A stretch of 64,000 bases of DNA. Origin: Bdellovibrionales bacterium (GTDB taxonomy: Bacteria; Bdellovibrionota; Bdellovibrionia; Bdellovibrionales; JAGQZY01). The number at the start of each line of letters is the position of its first letter. The stretch's first letter is position 1. This document shows positions 61,401 through 64,000 of this stretch, piece after piece. The stretch lies in contig CAXRHT010000003.1 in assembly GCA_964230645.1 (NCBI GenBank), positions 448,001 to 512,000 of the forward strand. The letters are read 5' to 3'. The notes beneath the pieces were generated by a model. That model did not search any database. It was not told the origin of the DNA and saw nothing but the letters and a program-made list of their open reading frames with translations. A program made the position numbers and the translations under genes.

Positions 61401-64000
61401 GATGGTGTGGCCTTACAGCAAACCACTCTAGGGCTAGATGCTGTTTCACAAACAAGAGCGAACTTAACAATTTCAGAAAGCAATCCTTATGGATACGGCA
61501 CTCTAGCGACAGGAGCCACAAGGGCTCATACGTTTACAATTTCCAACACTGGTGAGTTCCAAGCCACAGCTATAGCAGAAACCACAGTAGCCGCTCCTTT
61601 TAGATACACTGGAGCAGGAAACGTTTTTCCTGGGGCCGCTGGCGATTGTGGGACCTCTTTAAATGGAGGAGCCACTTGTATTATCGAAGTGGAGTACGCT
61701 CCAACTGTTGCTCCATCCGCTGATTCAGGTACTATTACATTTGGCTACAATGATGGCGTAGCCGTTCAAAGTGTTGCCAGAACAGTTGCTGGTACCGCTG
61801 TAACACCTGCGTCGATCACTATGAATCAAGGCGACCCCTACAACTTTGGAACTATTGCACAGGGATCTTCTACAAATGTTGTTATAACTCTAACAAATGG
61901 TGGGGGAGCTACGGCTACTTCTGTGAGTGAAACCACCCTGGGTGGCGATTTCCGATTCACTGGTGCCGGTAACACATTCCCTGGTGGCGCTGGAAACTGT
62001 ACGGCCACTTTAACAAGTGGAGCTAGTTGTACCATTGAAGTCGAGTTCGCACCGAGTAGCACAGGGGCCTTGGCCGGAACCTTAACGATTCAATATGGGA
62101 ATGGAGTCACCACTGTTACGGAAACAAAAGCTCTCTCAGGAACGGGGGCCGCTCCAGCGCTTATTACCATAAGCGGTTCTGATCCTGTGGATTTGGGCAG
62201 TGTCACTCAAGGCGCAAGTACGACCACATTATTGACAGTTAATAATACGGGAGCTGTGAACGCGACCGGAATTAGTGGTGGTGGTTTAGCAGCCCCGTTT
62301 GGATTTGTAGGTGGATCTTATCCTGGAACAGGTGGAAGTTGTGGTGACCCCATTCTTCCGTCCACCCCTTGTACAATTGAAATTCAATTCTCTCCAACTG
62401 CGGCTACTGTGAGTAACGGTCAGGTCGACATTAACTATAATAACGGAGTAACTCCGCAAACGACTACGAGAACTCTTGTCGGAACAGGTGTTGCCCCGGC
62501 GCAGTTAACAATCACTGGGGCTGATCCCTATGATTTTGGAACTATTGCTAGTGGCGGTGGAGTGCAGTCTGTAACTTTCACAGTGCAAAACGTTGGTGCT
62601 AGTAGTGCAACTGCAATTACTGAGACCACATTAGCCGGTGATTTCGATTTTTACTTAACCACCTTCCCTGGAACGGGGGGAACTTGTGGAGCCAGTCTTG
62701 CTGCTGGTGCTAGTTGTGATGTGGTGTTAGAGTTTACTCCAACAGCCCTTGGGCCTTTAGCTGAAACCTTTACCCTTCAGTACAATGATGGCGCGGCCAC
62801 TCAAAGTATCAATAAAGATTTACAAGGTGTGGGTGGATCACCGGCTCTTCTTGATATCGCTACCAGTGATCCGCATGATTTTGGTACACGTGCTATTGGT
62901 TCAACCAACACTGTTATCTTGACGGTTACAAACGGTGGTTCTGTTGCGGCCACAGGAATGGCTGATGGAGCCACCTTAAGTTCACCTTTTGCTTTCACCG
63001 GGGCAGGGTATCCAGGAACCAACGGAGATTGTGGAGCTAGCCTGGCCAGTGGAGCTTCCTGTGATGTGGAAGTGCAATGGGTGCCTGCGGGAACAGGTTT
63101 GCAAGCTCAAACAATGACCATTAATTATAATGACGGTACAGGCGCGACAAACTTCACTCATGGTCTTCAGGGGACGGGTGCAAACCCTGCCTTACTTTCT
63201 ATACAAGGGGCGGATCCTGTTAACTTTGGTAGTGTCACTCAAGGGGACACTCAAAGCCTGATCTTAACTGTTGAGAATACCGGTGATGTGTCGGCCACCA
63301 CAATCACAGAAAGTGGTCTTTCAGGTGATTACTCTTTCACGGCTCCAGGAACTTTCCCTGGAGGAGCTGGAAACTGTACGGCCACTCTAACGAGTGGAAG
63401 CACTTGTACCATTGAAGTTCAGGTGAGTCCGACGAGTACAGGTGCGATTTCTGGCACAATCACATTAAATTATTACAACGGGGCGAACAATTCCTCTTAC
63501 AACCATGGCACGTTAACCAATGGTATTGCGCCAGCCGTGCTTGCAATCACTCCGGGACCAGGTAATTACAATTACGGTACACGTCCGATCAATTCGACAA
63601 ACACCAACACCTTCACACTGACAAATAGTGGAGGGAGTCCTGCTACCGGAATAGTGGGTGGTGGACTTGTCGCTCCTTTTGTTCACAGCGGGGGAAGTTT
63701 CCCTGGTGGTGGAACTTGTACAGGAACTTTGGCTTCAGGAAGTTCTTGTACCTTCGTTGTCGATTATTTACCGACAGTGGCCAACGGAGCTGAGACCGAT
63801 ACAATCACAATTGATTACAATGACGGAGCTGTTGTCCAGCAAGCCACTCTGGGACTTGATGGTGTTTCTCAAACAAGAGCGAACTTAACAATTAGTGAAA
63901 CCGATCCGTACAACTTTGGCGTGCTCGCTAACGGTGCCACTCGCTCTCATATATTTACAATAGCAAATACTGGTGAATTTCAGGCCACTGCTATTAGTGA
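43410..64000 (+). CDS. giant (>6,860 aa) repetitive surface lipoprotein/adhesin with tandem Ig-like (choice-of-anchor D / ASH-like) domains; 3' end outside window
   Basis: Follows an in-frame TAA at 43380; TTG 43410 comes after GAGGAG. It reads MILRLSLAKARNFILSCLTVPFMVA-C (lipobox-like), then ~115-aa units ..ISETDPYDFG....FT..N.GG..A....L.APF...GG.YPG.GG.C-x9-C.I.V.F.P....D.I...YN.G. The same frame still reads ..IANTGEFQATAIS at 64000, and the ORF track lists no terminated ORF in this frame. Confidence 0.9.
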   Translation, partial: MILRLSLAKARNFILSCLTVPFMVACIADINEPLSSNNGLLVFSTSTSPSDQINQLDFGATAAAPGRSFETIFLINTGGKAIDSIKTTLTESEFVFEGGNYPGIGGDCAKDLSPGEACSIVLRFNPPTTTSYTGELNITYGDSAELVAARLDLKGQGTNPALLTVSETDPYDYGQQPLNTSGEHVFTISNVPDGAIAKRITEVALNPPYELKGGEWPGLGGTCTDKLLPGNTCSFVVTFTPTVVGPNLGEINVQYDNGITQVSADRDLTGVGVIPANLVIDMAPVYDFGTLIISQNATFTFTVTNAGGLDATSMTGAGLVFPFNFTGGSYPGAGGDCGTTLTPSATCTIEVQFAPINPGSFTSTLEIPYNNGAVLDTATRDIQGAAVTPALLTISDGPTLDFGVTAIGSSLTHAFTVTNSGGSQATAILDTGALAAPFDYSGVGYPGIGGDCNVTLAPGASCTLVLEFAPTVANIYNDQLEISYNDGLSGQLAQRDIQGTGVIPATLTITETDPYNYGSIPTGGFITHTFTVANTGGFSASSIAEVGLAAPFEFSGGAFPGAGGDCTATLLPGDSCTLEINFSPTVTGLQQDTIALNYFDGATNQTVNRDVEGSGVTPASLSINEAPLFDYGSPVLGSQTDHTFNVSNTGGFAASSIVGGGLLPPYEYKDGSYPGTGGSCTNTIAAGSTCSIVVTYSPTVVGVDNDTIEIDYFDGVNSQTATRDITGTGVVPAFLTLTEAPLYDYGTRAVGSSNLHIFTVNNVGGAPATSLAEIGLAAPYQFVGSAYPGTGGDCGTTLGAGASCTLYIEFAPTVIGNYNDQIQLDYFDGAALQQVTRDVTGNGAAPASLSISEAPTYDFGNVAIGGQDTHSLVITNSGGVPAVSLSGSTLTLPFDYEGSTYPGLSGDCTATLAPGATCSISLSFSPTALTTSNDTFTLSYNDGVGGQSVPRDVTGTGVNPAQLAIDQGPTFDYGTLATGSAQVNLFTVSNSGDVTANNIAVVNPLGLPFQYEGGTYPGTSGNCGTSLASGATCSIAVEYAPTATGSHSDTIDIQYDNGAIVTNTTRDVQGNGVNPALLVIDQSPLYNFGSVPTGATRTFIFTMTNTGSFLASGLSGAGLTPPFTYSGGSFPGTGGDCAATLAASSSCQIEVLYSPTNVATHTATMDVNYFDGANNQNSLRDLQGTGVAPALLEISNAPSFNFGTVATGSINTQVLTVSNSGGFQATAIADNLGLAAPFSFSGGTFPGVGGDCAATLAAGSTCLIEVSYNPVAPASDSDTIDIAYNNGVSAQNALRDLLGVAVNPAVIDITETDPYDFGTIATGGIRTHIFTLSNSGGITATGVAEVGLAAPFAFTGGAFPGTNGDCTSSIANGASCDIEIAYQPTVTGTQTDSIEIQYNDGSGSVSSLRQIQGTGAAPASITITETDPYDYGTLAQGGSATHTFTLTNAGGVDATVMSGGGLGAPFSFTGGSYPGAGGDCGATLVPAATCLIEVQFAPTTAAVFNDTIDINYFDGANNVTSARDITGTGAAPALLTISESNPYNFGLIANGGSVSHSFTISNAGGVPATAVAEVGLSAPFNYLGGSFPGTGGDCGATIGVGASCTIRVAFQPTATGVFPDTIDFTYNNGSAVVNSTRDVQGTATAPASIAISETDPYNYGTRAVGSVTSHIFSLTNSGGVSATAIADAGGLAAPFSYVGGSFPGTGGDCGATLAALASCNIEVIYSPTAAVTDTDTIDVNYNDGTGATNTTRDVTGTGALPANLSITETDPFDFGSVTVGSSQTHIFTISNGGGVAATTISEVGLAPPFAFAGGGGFPGAGGTCTATLGASASCDVVVEFTPAGSGFVSDTIDFSYFDGVNTQNVTRNIQATGLVPATLSISELDPYDYGTRPTGSINQHVFVVTNTGGTQASGMAGAGLNAPFRFEGGSYPGTSGSCAATLAVGASCNLVVEYAPVAVSPSDTDTIDMNYFDGANSQVSSRDLVGVAVTPALLTISESDPYSYGTLATGASRAHSFTISNTGGSQATAIAESTVAAPFRYTGAGNTFPGAAGDCGTTLAAGATCTIEVEYAPTVVNASDAGTITFGYNNGVSVQGVARTLSGVAVTPASITMDQGDPYNYGTVAQGASRNVVITLTNGGGFNATSLTEITLGGDFDFTGAGFPGTGGNCTATLTSGATCTIEVAFSPSSTGALAGTLSLQYNNGVSVVTETKALSGTGAAPALITISGTDPVDFGTVTQGSNTTILLTVNNTGAVNATGISGGGLAAPFGFTGGTYPGLGGTCGDPILPSTPCNIEIQFSPTTAVVSNGQVDINYNNGVGPQTTTRTLVGEGVAPALLTISGVDPYDFGTIANGGGIASVAFTINNIGSSSATAINETTLGGDFDFYLAGYPGSGGTCGASLPAGGSCNVVLEFTPTSLGPLSSTFTLQYNDGAAVQTESKDLQGVGGAPALLDIASSDPHDFGTAAIGSTNTVILTISNGGAVSATGMAAVASLSPPFNYTGVGYPGTNGTCGTSLATSATCDIEVQWVPAALGPQTQNISINYNDGTGATNFTHGVQGTGANPAQLAIQGVDPADFGNVTQGDTQTLILTVENTGDVNATGITETGLAGDYAFTAPGTFPGGAGTCTTTITNGSTCTIEVQVTPSSTGIIPGTITFDYNNGANNTSYSHGLTTNGLAPAVLAITPGPGNYDFGTRPVGSTNSNTFTLTNSGGSAATLIVGGGLSAPFTYSGGSFPGGGTCTGTLASGSSCTFVADYLPVAANGAESDTITIDYNDGAAAQQITLGLDAVSQTRATLTISESDPYNYGTLATGATRAHSFTISNTGEFQAGAITETTVAAPFRYTGAGNTYPGAAGDCGATLAGGATCTIEVEYAPTLVSAGDSGTITFGYNDGVAVQSVARTLSGVAVTPASITMDQGDPYNFGTVAQGASRNVLITLTNGGGFGATSITETTLGGDFDFTGAGFPGTGGNCTTSLLSGASCTIEVQFAPASTGALAGTLSIQYNNGVTTVTETKALSGSGAAPALITISGTDPVDLGNVTQGSNSTVILTVNNTGAVNATGISGGGLSAPFGFTGGSYPGTGGTCGDPILPSTPCTIELQFSPTTAVVSNGQVDINYNNGVGPQTTTRTLVGTGVAPALLTLSGVDPYDFGTLANGGGIAAVTVTVDNIGSSSATAMSETTLGGDFDFYLSGYPGNGGTCGASLPAGSNCTVVLEFTPTSLGPLSSTFTLQYNDGAAVQTESKALQGVGGAPALLDIATSDPHDFGTRAIGSTNTVILTVTNGGAVAATTIADAATLSPPFNYTGTGYPGTNGTCGVSLNSGASCDLEVQWVPASTGVQNQNITLNYNDGTGATSFVHGLQGTGANPAQLAIQGVDPADFGNVTQGDTQILILTVENTGSVNATGIAETGLAGDYAFTAPGTFPGGAGTCTTTITNGSTCTIEVQVTPSSTGIIPGTITFDYNNGANNTSYSHGLTTNGLAPAVLAITPGPGNYNFGTRPVGSTNSNTFTLTNSGGSAASLIIGGGLSAPFTYSGGSFPGGGTCTGTLASGSSCTFIVDYLPTVANGAETDTITVDYNDGAAAQQITLGLDAVSQTRATLTISESDPYNYGTLATGATRAHSFTISNTGEFQASAIGESTVAAPFRYTGAGNIYPGAAGDCGATLAGGATCTIEVEYAPTLVSAGDAGTITFGYNDGVAVQSVARTLSGVAVTPASITMDQGDPYNFGTVAQGASRPVIITLTNGGGFGATSITETTLGGDFDFTGAGFPGTGGNCTASLLSGASCTIEVEFAPTVTGALAGTLTVQYNNGVSTVTETKALSGNGAAPALITISGTDPVDFGSVTQGASNTLLLTVNNTGAVNATGISGGGLAAPFGFTGGSYPGSGGTCGDPILPSTPCTIELQFSPTTAVVSNGQVDINYNNGVGPQTTTRTLVGTGVAPALLTFSGTDPYDFGTIANGGGIASVTVTVDNIGASSATAMNETTLSGDFDFYLSGYPGNGGTCGASLPAGSNCTVVLEFTPTSLGPLSSTFTIQYNDGAAVQTEAKDLQGVGGAPALLDIATSDPHNFGTRAIGSNNTVILTVTNGGAVAATTIADGLSLTPPFDFTGGSYPGSNGTCGASLATGANCDIEVQWIPAATGLQSQNITLNYNDGTGAATFTHGLQGTGANPALLSIQGADPADFGNVTLADTQTLLLTVENTGGVAATAVVESGLAGDYAFTAPGTFPGGGGSCPTTISSGSTCTIEVQVTPSSTGVISGNVTLDYNNGATNTSYTHGLTTNGLSPATLAITPGPANYDFGTRPINSVNTNTFTLTNGGGSPATGIVGGGLASPFVYSGGSFPGGGTCTGTLAAGSSCTFVVDYLPTVANGAETDTITIDYNDGTVAQQTTLGLDAVSQTRSLLTISESNPYNYGTLATGATRANTFTITNTGEYQATAISETTIANPFRYTGAGNTFPGAAGDCGTTLNGGASCTIEVEYAPTVVSGADSGTITFGYNDGVAVQSVARTLSGVAVTPASITMNQGDPYNFGTVAQGASRNVLITLTNGGGHGASAITETTLGGDFDFSGAGFPGTGGNCTATLLSGASCNIEVAFAPGSTGALAGTLSIQYNNGVSVVTETKALNGTGASPALITISGTDPVDFGNVTQGSSTTTLLTVNNTGSVNATGISGGGLGAPFSFTGGSYPGLGGDCGDPILPATPCTIEVRFAPTAAVVSNSQVDINYHNGVSPQTTTRTLVGTGIAPALLTFSGVDPYDFGTIANGGGIASVTVTVDNIGSSSATGINETTLGGDFDFYLSGFPGNGGTCGASLPAGSNCTVVLEFTPTSLGPLASTFTLQYNDGAAVQTEAKDLQGVGGAPALLDIATSDPHDFGTRAIGSTNVVVLTITNGGAVAATAIADAATLTSPFSYTGAGYPGSNGTCGASLASGASCDIEVSWVPAATGLQNQTVTLNYNDGSGATSFTHGLQGTGANPALLSIQGADPADFGNVTLADTQSLLLTVENTGDVAATSVSESALAGDYAFTAPGTFPGGGGSCTATIGGGATCTIEVQVTPSSTGVISGNVTLDYNNGATNTSYTHGLTTNGLSPATLAITPGPANYDFGTRPINSVNTNTFTLTNGGGSPATGIVGGGLASPFVYSGGSFPGGGTCTGTLAAGSSCTFVVDYLPTVANGAETDTITIDYNDGTVAQQTTLGLDAVSQTRSLLTISESSPYNYGTLATGATRAHTFTIANTGEYQATAISETTVTNPFRYTGAGNTYPGAAGDCGATLNGGASCTIEVEYAPTVVSGADSGTITFGYNDGVAVQSVARTLSGVAVTPASITMNQADPYNFGTVAQGASRNVLITLTNGGGHSATSLTEITLGGDFDFTGAGFPGTGGNCTASLLSGASCNIEVTFAPGSTGALAGTLTLQYNNGVTTVTETKDLSGAGAAPALITISGTDPVDFGNVTQGSNNTLLLTVNNTGAVNATGISGGGLSAPFGFTGGAYPGSAGTCGDPILPSTPCTIEVRFSPTTAVVSNGQVDINYNNGVGPQTTTRTLVGTGIAPALLTFTGADPYDFGTVANGGGLASVTVTVNNVGSSSATAMNETTLGGDFDFYLTSYPGNGGTCGASLPAGGSCDVVLEFTPTSLGPLASTFTIQYNDGAAVQTEAKALQGVGGAPALLDIATSDPHNFGTRAIGSNNTVILTITNGGAVAATGIADAATLSAPFDYTGTGYPGTNGDCGASLASSASCDIEVQWIPSSTGLQTQDITLNYNNGTGATAFVHGLQGTGANPALLSIQGADPADFGNVTQGNPRVLLLTVENTGDVNATGITESGLAGDYAFTAPGTFPGGGGNCTTTISSGGTCTIEVRVIPSSTGAVTGNVTLNYNNGATNTSYTHGLTTNAISPAILAITPGPANYDYGTRPINSTNTNTFTLSNSGGSPATSIVGGGLASPFIYSGGSFPGGGTCTGTLAAGSSCTFIVDYLPTTANGAETDTITIDFNDGVALQQTTLGLDAVSQTRANLTISESNPYGYGTLATGATRAHTFTISNTGEFQATAIAETTVAAPFRYTGAGNVFPGAAGDCGTSLNGGATCIIEVEYAPTVAPSADSGTITFGYNDGVAVQSVARTVAGTAVTPASITMNQGDPYNFGTIAQGSSTNVVITLTNGGGATATSVSETTLGGDFRFTGAGNTFPGGAGNCTATLTSGASCTIEVEFAPSSTGALAGTLTIQYGNGVTTVTETKALSGTGAAPALITISGSDPVDLGSVTQGASTTTLLTVNNTGAVNATGISGGGLAAPFGFVGGSYPGTGGSCGDPILPSTPCTIEIQFSPTAATVSNGQVDINYNNGVTPQTTTRTLVGTGVAPAQLTITGADPYDFGTIASGGGVQSVTFTVQNVGASSATAITETTLAGDFDFYLTTFPGTGGTCGASLAAGASCDVVLEFTPTALGPLAETFTLQYNDGAATQSINKDLQGVGGSPALLDIATSDPHDFGTRAIGSTNTVILTVTNGGSVAATGMADGATLSSPFAFTGAGYPGTNGDCGASLASGASCDVEVQWVPAGTGLQAQTMTINYNDGTGATNFTHGLQGTGANPALLSIQGADPVNFGSVTQGDTQSLILTVENTGDVSATTITESGLSGDYSFTAPGTFPGGAGNCTATLTSGSTCTIEVQVSPTSTGAISGTITLNYYNGANNSSYNHGTLTNGIAPAVLAITPGPGNYNYGTRPINSTNTNTFTLTNSGGSPATGIVGGGLVAPFVHSGGSFPGGGTCTGTLASGSSCTFVVDYLPTVANGAETDTITIDYNDGAVVQQATLGLDGVSQTRANLTISETDPYNFGVLANGATRSHIFTIANTGEFQATAIS
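49392..63887 (+). repeat. higher-order tandem repeat: six copies of a 2415-bp (805-aa, 7-domain) unit, with a seventh starting at 63888
   Basis: Equivalent TISE(S/T)xPY codons start at 49392, 51807, 54222, 56637, 59052, 61467 and 63888 (spacing 2415 five times, then 2421). Confidence 0.92.

Noticed and set aside
49392..63887. Tandem repeats as a CRISPR array or assembly artefact
   Set aside because: Units are in-frame, kilobase-scale and synonymously diverged; there is no short repeat/unique spacer structure and no cas genes
43337..63888. Dozens of short (60-150 aa) ORFs on both strands listed in the ORF track
   Set aside because: They are shadow ORFs in alternative frames or antisense to the giant frame +3 gene; they recur with the 2415-bp period and lack coherent protein features

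Overview
This 64 kb chromosomal window most likely comes from a Bdellovibrionota (Bdellovibrio-like) bacterium. That is an inference from several short ~277-aa flagellins, an 'LFQNC'-type secreted lipoprotein and Cys-rich orphan exoproteins. From left to right it holds: a shikimate operon (aroB'-aroA-[aroK-aroD-aroE fusion]-aroC) whose first five domains follow the order of the fungal pentafunctional AROM protein; trmO/tsaA, rnr and a UbiB-family kinase; secreted proteins and a subtilase; a TPP riboswitch ahead of a TonB-dependent receptor; four flagellin genes with sigma28 promoters and CsrA-like leader hairpins, with a nucleotidyltransferase/34-aa peptide pair between two of them; a block of three orphan Cys-rich exoproteins; thyA-folA; an HD hydrolase; flaG-fliD-fliS and a sigma54-driven TPR/histidine kinase/response regulator/rsmD operon; a ~220-nt GC-rich structured element ahead of an aminotransferase; and a 5'-nucleotidase. 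The last third (43410 to beyond 64000) is one giant ORF that the ORF track omits because it has no stop codon in the window. It encodes a predicted lipoprotein of more than 6,860 aa made of about 59 ~115-aa Ig-like domains, each with a Cys-x9-Cys pair. The later domains form an 805-aa, 7-domain super-repeat. All calls come from reading the sequence; no database searches were run.
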